DNA of 64,000 nt from a bacterium (lineage in GTDB: Bacteria; Hinthialibacterota; Hinthialibacteria; Hinthialibacterales; Hinthialibacteraceae), in the NCBI GenBank assembly GCA_963662285.2, contig CAXXMV010000002.1:1472001-1536000 (forward strand), read 5' to 3'. This document shows, piece after piece, positions 31,410-41,400 of this stretch; the first letter of the stretch is position 1, and each line of letters begins with the position of its first letter. The position numbers and the translations under genes were made by a program. The notes under the pieces are model-generated. The model did not search any database and was not told the DNA's origin. It saw only the letters and a list, made by a program, of their open reading frames with translations.

Positions 31410-33317
31410 CTATTTCGTAACATTAACAATCGCTTCGGTGAACTGACGCAGATCCCATTCTCCGAACGCGATATCAGCGGTGATGATCGAAACGCCTTTG
31501 GCATTATCGGCGGGCGTAACATAGACGGACACGGTTCGTTCTTCCCGTGGTGGGATAGTTATAACCAGCGGTCCTCGCTGGGTGTTCCATCCGCGTGGAA
31601 CGTGCGGCGTCACGGAGAAGGTCTGTTCGCGGGATGAATGATTAAATATTACTACCTTGCATTCATTCCTCTGTCCCGCTTGTGCGTCAATCCCGTATGG
31701 ATAAAACCTGATCCACTGATGATCTATGCCATAATTGACGTTATCCCAGGGCAGCAAGTCTTGCAACAGAGCGACTCGTTTTTCAAGCGTATCAATCATA
31801 AACTCAAGTTGCTTGGGAGAAAAACGGAATGGTTCTTTAATATGCTCGTTGATCAGACAGTAATCCGGTTTCATGCGCTTTAGCGCATCGAGGCAGTAAA
31901 AATAGCCTGTATCCGGGTGCAGCATGTTGCGGTTTAACATGCAATAATCGTCGATGCCTGATGGCGAAAACGAATCGCCGATAAAGAAGATGGTTTCACC
32001 GTCAATCTTTTTAACCAGCAAGCCGCCATGATAAAGCGTTTGCCCGGGAAAATAAGAGAAGGTGAACTCGAACTCTTTCCAGCGCATTTTTTCACCTTCC
32101 GGCATAACCTGAGTATTTCTTATGGCCTTGTCGGTTTGGGCTGGCATGTAGTAAGCCTGGGGATTTTCAAGGATATCCTGCTGCTCCCGGCAGAAGAATA
32201 CGCGGCAGCCGAATTCAGTGGAGGCCCTTTCAATGAAATCAGTATGGTCGTCGTGATAGTGGGTCACATAGATTCCGTCTAGAGATTTAAGGCGGCCATC
32301 TTCTTTCAGTTTACGTATTTCTTTGATAGCGTTGCTGCTGCCGCAATCGATCAGGAATCCATCGCCGTCTTCAGATAGTATCAGGCGTGATGTCCCGAAT
32401 TGAATAATCCACTCAGGCGGATAAGGTTGAACAGTTTCCGCCATTGGCATCCAATCAATACCGGTTGCTCCCAGAATACGGCCAGCGCAGCCGGTAATAT
32501 AATCATCTTTGAAATACCAGCGTAATGCGCAGATGGATAAGTAATTTTCATAAATTGCTTTTAATCGGCCAATCAATTTATCGATGGCTTGTGCTGGTTG
32601 AGTAATTACCGGGCCTCTCGCCGGGATTAGAATATCCGGCGTTGCCCGGCGTATTGTTTCCAGGCTGGCGATTAAATCCGCCGCCCGCGTCATGTAGCCA
32701 TGATATCCCATGGTTTTGGGTTTTGTGATCAAATCCTGAAAACTGTAGAGATCAAGAATTTTGCCATCGCCATAGATCAAATCGCCAACGCAGGCGATTC
32801 GTTTGCCATCAATTTTGAATAGATAAGATACCGCATTGCGGGTATAGCCGGGAGTATCAAGCACCTGAATATCAAGCCCTTGCCATTCAACTGCGTCGCC
32901 GCCTTTGACCGTTTCAACATCCTTAAATGATTCGCTCAGAACTTTAGTGGTTTGTTGCTCATAATCATGAAATCGTGCGGTCTTCTTCTTTTGCCAGTAA
33001 CTTTCAACATCAGTGAAAAGTTGCTTTTCTCCTTGTGGGATATAAGCCTCTGCGCCGCGTTTAACCAGTTCAGCGCCAGCCCATACAACATCACGCCGGT
33101 GATGAGTGAAAAGAACTTTTTCAGCAGGCGCCTGCTGGTCGCGGGGGTCGCCGTAAATAACCAGCGTTTTGCCATTTTGATTGATCAAAATCCCATTAAC
33201 CGCATCATGAATCACAGTGACATTTTCGGTTATAGATTCAATCGATGCATGAGAAGCCAATGCAACCAGAGGCGATATGATAGCCATTAAAATAATGATA
33301 CCGATTATTGATCTCAT
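31410..33317 (-). CDS. Secreted tandem metallo-beta-lactamase-fold hydrolase with C-terminal Ig-like domain
   Basis: Signal peptide; first MBL domain THHRRD (degenerate), second THYHDDH; GGAG RBS before ATG 33317. Confidence 0.8.
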   Translation of the reverse strand: MRSIIGIIILMAIISPLVALASHASIESITENVTVIHDAVNGILINQNGKTLVIYGDPRDQQAPAEKVLFTHHRRDVVWAGAELVKRGAEAYIPQGEKQLFTDVESYWQKKKTARFHDYEQQTTKVLSESFKDVETVKGGDAVEWQGLDIQVLDTPGYTRNAVSYLFKIDGKRIACVGDLIYGDGKILDLYSFQDLITKPKTMGYHGYMTRAADLIASLETIRRATPDILIPARGPVITQPAQAIDKLIGRLKAIYENYLSICALRWYFKDDYITGCAGRILGATGIDWMPMAETVQPYPPEWIIQFGTSRLILSEDGDGFLIDCGSSNAIKEIRKLKEDGRLKSLDGIYVTHYHDDHTDFIERASTEFGCRVFFCREQQDILENPQAYYMPAQTDKAIRNTQVMPEGEKMRWKEFEFTFSYFPGQTLYHGGLLVKKIDGETIFFIGDSFSPSGIDDYCMLNRNMLHPDTGYFYCLDALKRMKPDYCLINEHIKEPFRFSPKQLEFMIDTLEKRVALLQDLLPWDNVNYGIDHQWIRFYPYGIDAQAGQRNECKVVIFNHSSREQTFSVTPHVPRGWNTQRGPLVITIPPREERTVSVYVTPADNAKGVSIITADIAFGEWDLRQFTEAIVNVTK

Positions 33318-33564
33318 GATTATCTCCAAAATTAATATGATTAAGGGACTATTACCAAACAAATACTGTTATCAAACAAACAACACCGATAAAAGAAAGT
33401 AAGGCGCGCTTCTCGTGACCATGTCATTAAGTTAACCTGTCTTATCCCCTCTCCCGCCGGGAGTGGGCAAAGGTGAGGAGAAAAAAGAAATCACCTAATG
33501 TAGACAGAGTGGGCTAAAAGCCATAGCGTAGCCACCAAAATTCCCAAAGCGGGCGCCAAGGGCA

Positions 33565-34184
33565 GTGCGCCTTGAAAGTTCATGGCGTCAAGTCGTCTGA
33601 AATGGCGACCACGGTAAAGCCTAACCAGCAGCCGTGTATCGAGTCTTGCGCTGTGTCTGGCAACAGCCATGGTGAAGCGTAGACAGAAAGGAAGCAGGCC
33701 GTAACGCAAGTGAAGAGATTTTAGTTCCGAAATACACGTCTTTGAAGTCGCAGACCTGTGTTGCCCTACGGGGAATGCGGAATTGGCGCTGTCGGTATGG
33801 TGAGGCGGTGACCAAGGCTTCCGGGATTTCAACTCACGGCATGTTTTCAAATGATGTCATGGGAACAAGGGAGGTCCGGTTGGTTCCGGCGGAGCCGGTA
33901 GGTTCAAACAAGCCCTAGCAAGGTGAAGATGATCTGATGACCGGTCGTAAGTCAGACCAGCTGATAATACTCTGAGTAAGGGAGAGCCTGTCACATGGGG
34001 AAGCGGCTGGCAGGAAAAGAGTCTTTTCAGGGACGCATAAGCTCCATGCAAAGGGAGGCTGCGGGCGATTCATCAAAAGGGATATCATCCTCCGGCGGTT
34101 CGGAGAGTGTATATACCTAAACCGGGAAAGAAGGAAAAACGTCCTCTAAGAGTGCCGTGCGTAGTGGACCGCGCCTTGCAGCGC
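33565..34184 (+). mobile_element. Group II intron remnant (5' ribozyme domains I-III plus an RT fragment), bacterial class E/F-like
   Basis: 5' GTGCG; GAGTCTTGCG..GAAGCGTAGACAG; GGAAC..GGGAG junction; domain III-like AAGTCAGACCAG..ACATGGGGAAG; RT1 peptide IHQKGYHPPAVRRVYIPKPGKKEKRPLxVPCVVDRALQR at 34068-34184; no domain V/VI. Confidence 0.85.
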
Positions 34185-34800
34185 CGGAAAGCGCATCCTT
34201 AGTTTTCTCGCATTAAAATTATCTGATGTCAGAAGGTATTGTGAAGATGACCGTTGGTGCATGGACAGAAGTCTCGGGCTTTTTGCAAATTTAAATGTCT
34301 TACCCAAAGTCGGATGGTTTTCGTCTTACTCAAGCCGGATTACCCGCCGGATGAATTTGTCATTTTTAAGAAGCCTTTATCAACTATGGAAGAAGCATGG
34401 ATTGTTATCGGATTAAGGGATATTGGATTAAGGGATATTGGATTATAGCGACGCGACCATTAGACATGCGAATGAATCCGATGTTGTTTTGGAATTTCTT
34501 GATTTCTACAAAGCCGGGAATCCCCCAGATTCCAATTTGAAACACTTGATATTTGATAGCAAATTTACGCCATATAAAAACTTGCGCGAATTGGATGAAA
34601 AAGGAGTGAAATTCATCACCATTCAAAGGCGGGGCAAAACGATTGCCAGCCAATTAGAAAAAATCGAAAAATCTCAATGGAAAAAAATACTGGTTATGGG
34701 ATCGGATGGTAAAGGAAGGCTCTTGAAAATTCATGAAGAAAAGTGACCATCAAAGATTATGATAAACCCATCCGATAACTGGCGATTACCGTCCATGTGA
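34181..34800 (+). pseudogene. Transposase remnant with internal deletions
   Basis: Nucleotide match to 38707-39083; peptide SFLALKLSDVRRYCEDDRWCMDRSLGLF..DYSDATIRH..LIFDSKFT..KFITIQRRG; frameshifts and stops. Confidence 0.7.
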
Positions 34801-35031
34801 AACAATACGAGCCCTGATTAGCTAATATAGATCAAGTGAATTGATGATGTCGCTTAATCGGCGTTGGCTGATGGGGCAGAGATTCATTTTTTCAGCGAGG
34901 TCTTTATATTTTTCATAAACATCCCCAGAATGAACGCGTTTTTTTGTACGCAGGAAGAGTGCGTAACAGGCGGTAAGACAAAGTTTTTGATGCAATGGTA
35001 GATTCTCCCCGCTACTTTTTTAAAAACCCTA

Positions 35032-35063
35032 TTGACAACGATATATTATTGTGCACAATTGTA
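35032..35063 (+). promoter_or_regulatory. Promoter with BlaI/CopY-type operator
   Basis: TTGACA (35032) then 16 nt to CACAAT; CACAATTGTA at 35054-35063 matches TACAnnTGTA at all but one position. Confidence 0.5.
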
Positions 35064-35098
35064 CTCGATGAGGTATTCATGTAATTTTGAAGAGGACC

Positions 35099-35500
35099 AT
35101 GATGAAAAAGAAAAAGCCGATATCCCTCTCTCCGTCTGAATGGAAAGTGATGCGCGTCGTCTGGAAATTGAAAACATGCGCGGCTCGGGACGTTTATTCA
35201 GTCACGACCAAGAAATACGGCTGGACTCCGGCCACCGCCAAGACCATTCTGCGCCGGTTGGTGGAAAAAGGCCATCTGTCAACCCAGCAAATTGGGAATT
35301 GCTACGTCTATCAGCCGACGGCCTCCATCCTCGATCCTTTGTATAAAGCAGCCGATAACCTGTTGGAAAACGCCATTGATGGCACAATTGCTCCCGTCAT
35401 GTTTCACATGATCAAAAAAGGGAAAATGTCTGGAGAGGACATTCACGAACTTCGCGCGCTGCTGGATGAATTCGAAAAGAATCAATCCTCCAAGGAGTAA
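35099..35500 (+). CDS. BlaI/MecI/CopY family repressor
   Basis: LSPSEWKVMRVVW, TAKTILRRLVEKG; GAGG RBS before ATG 35099. Confidence 0.92.
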   Translation: MMKKKKPISLSPSEWKVMRVVWKLKTCAARDVYSVTTKKYGWTPATAKTILRRLVEKGHLSTQQIGNCYVYQPTASILDPLYKAADNLLENAIDGTIAPVMFHMIKKGKMSGEDIHELRALLDEFEKNQSSKE

Positions 35501-35503
35501 GCC

Positions 35504-38347
35504 ATGGATCTTATTGAAACCTTCAACCGGCTTTCCGAATCCTGGGCGTCTTTTATGTTGCATCGTTTTCTGGATTCGACACTCGTCTTTGCATTTATCA
35601 CGGCGATCTGGATGACGATCCGCAAGCGAACATCCCCGCAAGCCGGATACTGTTTGTATCTTTTAGTATTGATCAAACTCATCATTCCATTCGAAATCTC
35701 TATCCCTGACGTTGTATCTTCCTATTTCCCGGATTCGTCAATCGCACGGCAGGCGAGTTTCTTTTATATAGATGAATGGGCTAATCCAGAACGCATGAAG
35801 CCATCTGAAAGCATGAAAAGCATCGCTCCATCTGACGAAGACGAAAAGGATGCGAAAGGCATGGAGAAGGATGCGGTATACACCCCCTCCTTATCATCGC
35901 AAATTGACGAATCCGTCATTCGGAGCACTCCGCAATTAATGGTTTACAGACCGATCGCGCTTGTGTGGGCTCTTGTGACAATATTTCTGTTGGCGCTTTT
36001 TGGCTGGTCGGAGATCGCGTCCCGCCATCTGCTCAAATGCACTCATTTGCTGAAGGCCGATCAATTTCCCATCGATTTATTGAAATTGCAGAAAATCGCC
36101 AAAATCAAACAATCCGTGCGTTGGTTGACGGCGGACTGGGTAAAAAGTCCGATGGCCTACGGTTTTATCAAACCAGCCGTTATCATCCCCACAAATATGG
36201 ACGAACGTTTCAACGTAAATCAACTCCGGTGGATTCTACTGCATGAGTTGGCTCATATTCGCCGCAGGGATTCGTTCGTAGCATTTTTTCAGAAAATCAT
36301 TCAAATTATTTTCTTTTTCCATCCAATCGTCTGGCTAACCAATAATAGAATCAATCAGTTGCGCGAATATGCATGTGATGACGAAGCGTTGATTTTTTGC
36401 GACATCCCCCGTGCCGATTGCGGAGAGGGTTTGTTGTCGCTGGTGCGACAAACCAATAATTTCCCCGCATTCATGACAGTTCCTTTAGGGATAATCGATT
36501 ACAAGACGCAAGTCAGGAGGAGAATGATGAGAATTTTAGATACTGAGAGAAAATTGAAAGTAGGATTATCTGCTGGAATGACTATTTTATTGTTGTTCGT
36601 TGCTTGTGTGTTATTACCAACAGTGAAAGCAGAAAACAAATTCGTAACCAACAAATCTAAATCAAATTCAACCTTTCCATATAGTACAAAATTAAATCTT
36701 CAAGGTATTTATCCAACATCGATTTCTCCGGATGGCTTAAAAATAATTGGTATTCAATATAATGAGAATTATGATAAAGAAAATTTAGTTTTATATGATT
36801 TTAATGCAAATACAATTCAAACATTATTAGATGATCATTATTGTGTAAATGCCATATGGGATACGAAAGGAAAAAACATAGCAATCAATTATTACGATGA
36901 TCAAGGGGTAATGAATATCTCTATCTATAACCTCGAAACAGAAAATATTGAAGCAATATTAAATAAGACAACTCAAAGCGTTGTTGATTGGTCTCCTGAT
37001 GGCGAATCGCTTTTGTGTACTGAAAATAATAAGGATACTCAAAAAGTTTCTTTGATTAATCTTGAATCAAAAGAAATAAATTTCTTGTTTGAAGATAATC
37101 ATGATGCGGGGGGCAGACATAGAGGTGGTCTTACTCCAAGTTTTTCCCCAGATGGTCGCTATGTAGTTTACCTGGCACGAAAAAAACTTCTTGAAAATAG
37201 TATTAAAATATTCAACCTTGAAACATCTGAATTTGATGAATTTAAATGTCCGCCAATCTGGATGTTTTTTCCAACATGGTCAGAAAAAGGAGATTCAATA
37301 ATTTTTATTGGATACTCAAAAGTTCACCTTGATGTATTGGATTCCGATATATTTTCCATTCCTGTCAAAGATGGAAAATTTGAAGGCATACCCAAAGTAG
37401 TACATCCTGATTTTTTTATGAACGAAATCATTGCATTTGGAAAAGGGAATGATTTTTTATATCAAAAAGGTCAAAAGGTCCATTGGATGTATGTTTTACC
37501 GATAGATATTGAAACAGGTAAACCGAATGGTAATCCAAAGAGGATTGTGAAAAGTGGTCCTAGCGTATATCTTTGGGGGCCAGAGGGGAAATACATTATT
37601 CAACAACGTATGATTCGGGGACTAGGAGGCTATTCTTTTATATCTATAGATAATGGGATGATATTACGAGACATTACAGCGCCAAATATGAATGCATTTG
37701 ATAGATCACAAAGATATCTTCCAAATAAACAAATGATTCTTTCTGGTTCAATTGATGAAAAAGGTCGAAAAGGTATATTTGGAGTTGATGTTGAAAACGG
37801 AAAAATTGAATTACTTAAAGAGTCGAGTACTTACCGAAATTTATACCCGTCTGTTACTCCAGATGGGAAAATATTGGTTTACTCAGAGAAAGGTACAATT
37901 TTCAGCCATGATTTAACGACAAATACAACGCATGAACTGTTCTCCAGTACCAGTTTTTTTACGTCTCCTTCTATTTCACCTTTTGGAAAACAGATTGTAT
38001 ACGCTAAACATGAACAGGAAACATTTTCTATTATGATTTCATCTATTGATGGAAAACAATCGCGCGAATTATTCAGAAAACCCCTTGCTGAAGTAAGAAA
38101 TCCTTCTTTGGAATGGTCACCCGATGGTCAGTTTATTATCTTTAGTGTCGGTAGGTACATAAAAAGTGATAAATTATGGCTGATTTCTACGGATGACGGG
38201 GAAATTAGTTATATTAAAATACCAAATGAGATAGGGATACCATATTACCCTCTTTGGTCACCCGACGGGAAATATATATCATTTTTTGCTTATAATGACA
38301 TAGAAACAGAGTACTGGATGTTGAATGATATAATTAAAGAACAATAG
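35504..38347 (+). CDS. BlaR1-like M56 peptidase fused to TolB-like (PD40) beta-propellers
   Basis: HELAH, FFFHPIVW, REYACD; repeated WSPDG/FSPDG motifs. Confidence 0.9.
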   Translation: MDLIETFNRLSESWASFMLHRFLDSTLVFAFITAIWMTIRKRTSPQAGYCLYLLVLIKLIIPFEISIPDVVSSYFPDSSIARQASFFYIDEWANPERMKPSESMKSIAPSDEDEKDAKGMEKDAVYTPSLSSQIDESVIRSTPQLMVYRPIALVWALVTIFLLALFGWSEIASRHLLKCTHLLKADQFPIDLLKLQKIAKIKQSVRWLTADWVKSPMAYGFIKPAVIIPTNMDERFNVNQLRWILLHELAHIRRRDSFVAFFQKIIQIIFFFHPIVWLTNNRINQLREYACDDEALIFCDIPRADCGEGLLSLVRQTNNFPAFMTVPLGIIDYKTQVRRRMMRILDTERKLKVGLSAGMTILLLFVACVLLPTVKAENKFVTNKSKSNSTFPYSTKLNLQGIYPTSISPDGLKIIGIQYNENYDKENLVLYDFNANTIQTLLDDHYCVNAIWDTKGKNIAINYYDDQGVMNISIYNLETENIEAILNKTTQSVVDWSPDGESLLCTENNKDTQKVSLINLESKEINFLFEDNHDAGGRHRGGLTPSFSPDGRYVVYLARKKLLENSIKIFNLETSEFDEFKCPPIWMFFPTWSEKGDSIIFIGYSKVHLDVLDSDIFSIPVKDGKFEGIPKVVHPDFFMNEIIAFGKGNDFLYQKGQKVHWMYVLPIDIETGKPNGNPKRIVKSGPSVYLWGPEGKYIIQQRMIRGLGGYSFISIDNGMILRDITAPNMNAFDRSQRYLPNKQMILSGSIDEKGRKGIFGVDVENGKIELLKESSTYRNLYPSVTPDGKILVYSEKGTIFSHDLTTNTTHELFSSTSFFTSPSISPFGKQIVYAKHEQETFSIMISSIDGKQSRELFRKPLAEVRNPSLEWSPDGQFIIFSVGRYIKSDKLWLISTDDGEISYIKIPNEIGIPYYPLWSPDGKYISFFAYNDIETEYWMLNDIIKEQ

Positions 38348-38657
38348 TTATTGACTGGCAACATTAAAGGGCACCATACAGGTGAGATTCGAACCTCGTC
38401 GTATTTATCTGACTATACCAAAGTTGATATCATCTTGGAAAAGTGAGTAAAATATGATGAAGAACAAATGCATTCACTATCACTAAAAGTGTGTGAAAGT
38501 AACGGTTTTATTTATCACTGATTTTCATGAGACTATCCACCCCAAATTATTCTATCATTAATTTCCCACAACTCTCTCCTAAGTTTTAGCAAATCAATGT
38601 TATAGGTTTAAGAATCGTATGCCCGTTTTAGAATATATTTTGGTATGTAAATCCCGG

Positions 38658-39083
38658 GCGAAGCCAACGCCAAAAAAACGCCGCTGCACTGCAAGAAATT
38701 ATTGCGGCGCCGGAAAGCGCATCCTTAACTTTCCACGCGGAGAAATTTACTTCCGAATCGTCCATCGGGATTCTGTGCTTTTTGCCGATCCTCAGAACCT
38801 ATGGCATTGACAAGGTCATTTGTGATTCCCATTACCCCGAAACCAAAACCATCAATAAGTTTTCATCGATCCTTAGTTTTCTCGCATTAAAATTATCTGA
38901 TGTCAGAAGATATTGTGAAGATGACCGTTGGTGCATGGACAGAAGTCTCAGGCTTTTTGCAAATTTAAATGTCTTAACCAAAGTTGGATGGTTTTCGTCT
39001 TACTCAAGCCGGATTACCCGCCGGATGAATTGGTCATTTTTAAGAAGCCTTTATCAACTATGGAAGAAGCATGGATTGTTATC
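38658..39083 (+). pseudogene. Transposase remnant (same family as 34181-34800)
   Basis: GILCFLPILRTYGID..YPETKTI..SFLALKLSDVRRY..WFSSYS..WKKHGLLS, truncated at both ends. Confidence 0.7.
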
Positions 39084-39982
39084 CATCCAATGCCGTGACA
39101 AGATGCGGCTCCATTGCCCGACCGATTCGGGCGCCGCCATTGCAGACGTCTAGCGAGGTCTCGAAACGGGTGGGCGTTGCGCTGGCTTTTGTTGCTGCCG
39201 TTCAGGTCTTTTTTTTTTGATAGGAGATCAACTCGGATATGAATCCTTCGCCTGATGCGAATAGAGGTAATAAGGTCTGCGGCATTTTTTTAACTCCCTC
39301 ATACTCTGCAGGATTGGCCTTCCCTCCAGTATCCTAACAAAATCCCGCGAGAACCGAAAACCACGGGTGAGCTCAGGAGGTCTGAAATTAGAGATTTTAG
39401 AACCTAAGCAATAACAAGACTTAAGATTTTTACCATAGACATAAGCTTTTAGGCTGACGGCAGTCTTTATTATGATATAACGACAACTGTTTCAAAATCG
39501 GATCGTACGGTCATTTTGAGTTTTTAACGGCAATGAAAAAATTTGAATTATGATTGTTTAATTGATAACATATTCCAGCCGAGGAATCCTCTTTGGAATC
39601 CTTCATTAAAAAAACATCTCCTTTTTTCGATATATTATTGAAATACTCAATTTTGTAATCCCTACAAAAATAATAATTTACATAAATGGCTGATTTTCAT
39701 ATTAGTGGAGCATCAGTCCGATTAGCTGTAGGGATAATTTATTAATAAATCACTTATATAATAATCGATAGATTCTAGTTTATTTTTTTGAGGAATGAAA
39801 TATTATCCCTGCAATATACAATTCATCCCAACAATCTGTAAATTATCACAAATTACGCTCTAATTAAATTAAATTGGACTATCCTACATATCAAACATGA
39901 ATACAAAATGGTTGAATAAAGTGGGGCATACAGTACGCCTCGACTTTTACCCTTTGATATTTATGCAAAAGGAGATTCTTTT

Positions 39983-41320
39983 ATGAAACGTTTTGGTTCA
40001 TACCTCGTATTGTTTTTACTCAGTGTAACTTTGTTCGTCGTGAATTCTGAATCTTCAGACTGGCCGCAATATCTTGGTCCGGACAGAAACTCAACGTCGC
40101 CGGAAAAAGGTATTTTACATTCCTGGCCTGAAAATGGTCTGGAGGTTCTATGGACGGTTCCAGTTAATAGAGGTTATGGCGGACCTGTTATCAAAGACGG
40201 CAAGGTTTATTTGCTCGACAGGGATGATAAAGTCGGTGATAACATTCGGTGTTTTGATTTCTCGAATGGCAAGGAACTCTGGAACTTTGCTTATGATGCT
40301 CCTGGAGAAGTCATGTTTCCTGGTTCGAGAAGCGTACCGATTGTAGACGGCAATTATGTGTATTCTTGCGGACATAACGGCGACTTATATTGCATCGATA
40401 TAAGCACACTCAAACCCGTCTGGAATAAGAACGTTTGGACGGATTTCGGTGGAACTAAGCTCCCGATATGGGCTATAACACAGTGTCCGTTGGTTTATGG
40501 TGATTTGCTGATTTTGGCTTCGCAAGCTCCGGACGCGGGCGTCGTGGCTTATGACAAACTCACTGGAGCTATTAAATGGAAGACGCCCAATCTTGGCAAT
40601 GAATCATATGCCAGTCCTTCAGTTGTGAAAATAGACGGAAAAGACCATGTTGTAATGGTTATTTCATCTACTAATCCCTTTGGAAATAGAGGAATGCCGC
40701 AAACTCTCGGTAATATTGTTGGACTAGAACCCCTTACTGGAAAAATCCTTTGGGAATACAAGCAGTGGGAATGTCATATTTCCGTACCGAGTGCAGTGGA
40801 TGCCGGTAACAATAAAGTGCTTGTTGTTGGTGGATATGAACACGGTGCGGTTATGGTCGAAGTCAAAAAACAAGCAGATGGCAGCTACATTGCCACAGAA
40901 CTTTTCAAGCATAACGATTTTGGCGATCAAACCAAACCGCCGATATTACATAATGGTTATTTCTACGCTCAGTTCTCAACCAATAGTAAACGTGACGGCC
41001 TTGTATGCATGAATATGGATGGTGAGATTATGTGGAAAACAGGACGTTCACCCAATTTTAATAAAGGCAGTATGATTCTGGTTGACGGCCTGATTCTAGC
41101 TACTGATGGCGCAAAAACTTTATACCTAATAGAACCTGATCCGAAAGAGTTTAAACCACTGGCAACAGCTGAATTACTCGGTGAAGCTGGATTAAATGCT
41201 GAAGGCATTGCAGCCCGCTTTGGAGGTTCAACTCAGAACTGGGCTCCAATCGCTCTTTCCAACGGCAAACTCCTTATCCGGGATCACAGCCAGTTAAAGT
41301 GCGTCAAAGTCGCTAAATGA
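39983..41320 (+). CDS. PQQ-binding-like (BamB-type) beta-propeller secreted protein
   Basis: Signal peptide, DWPQYLGPDRN, repeated G-x-x-x-W blades; AGGAG RBS. Confidence 0.88.
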   Translation: MKRFGSYLVLFLLSVTLFVVNSESSDWPQYLGPDRNSTSPEKGILHSWPENGLEVLWTVPVNRGYGGPVIKDGKVYLLDRDDKVGDNIRCFDFSNGKELWNFAYDAPGEVMFPGSRSVPIVDGNYVYSCGHNGDLYCIDISTLKPVWNKNVWTDFGGTKLPIWAITQCPLVYGDLLILASQAPDAGVVAYDKLTGAIKWKTPNLGNESYASPSVVKIDGKDHVVMVISSTNPFGNRGMPQTLGNIVGLEPLTGKILWEYKQWECHISVPSAVDAGNNKVLVVGGYEHGAVMVEVKKQADGSYIATELFKHNDFGDQTKPPILHNGYFYAQFSTNSKRDGLVCMNMDGEIMWKTGRSPNFNKGSMILVDGLILATDGAKTLYLIEPDPKEFKPLATAELLGEAGLNAEGIAARFGGSTQNWAPIALSNGKLLIRDHSQLKCVKVAK

Positions 41321-41359
41321 TCCCATGAAATTGATTTATGAATAGTCGAACTCAGCAAA

Positions 41360-41386
41360 CCTACGGCATGTTATTCATGCCGTAGG
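41360..41386. other. Intergenic hairpin
   Basis: CCTACGGCATG-ttatt-CATGCCGTAGG with no T tract; possibly an mRNA stability or attenuation element. Confidence 0.4.
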
Positions 41387-41400
41387 CCTATAGGATAGAT

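Larger units (their letters stand above)
29050..31410. repeat. REP mosaic surrounding IS481 copy 2
   Basis: About 125-bp direct repeat at 29249-29373 and 31051-31175; REP hairpins at 29064, 29332, 30963, 31134, 31311. Confidence 0.85.

Noticed and set aside
29039-31446. Short ORFs with GAKG/RSCPW peptides (also 23479-23781)
   Set aside because: Translations of REP sequence or of the IS antisense strand
33783-33789. TTGGCGC as EBS2 pairing with the REP (GCGCCAA)
   Set aside because: It lies 3' of the putative EBS1 and pairs locally with CGGTGACCAA, so it is probably an intron stem
33491-34051. Minus-strand ORFs of 64-119 aa
   Set aside because: Antisense to the group II intron ribozyme
39087-39464. 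IS4-like remnant bounded by CAATGCCGTGA / TGACGGCAGTC
   Set aside because: The inverted repeat is short and imperfect, with no target duplication or recognisable transposase
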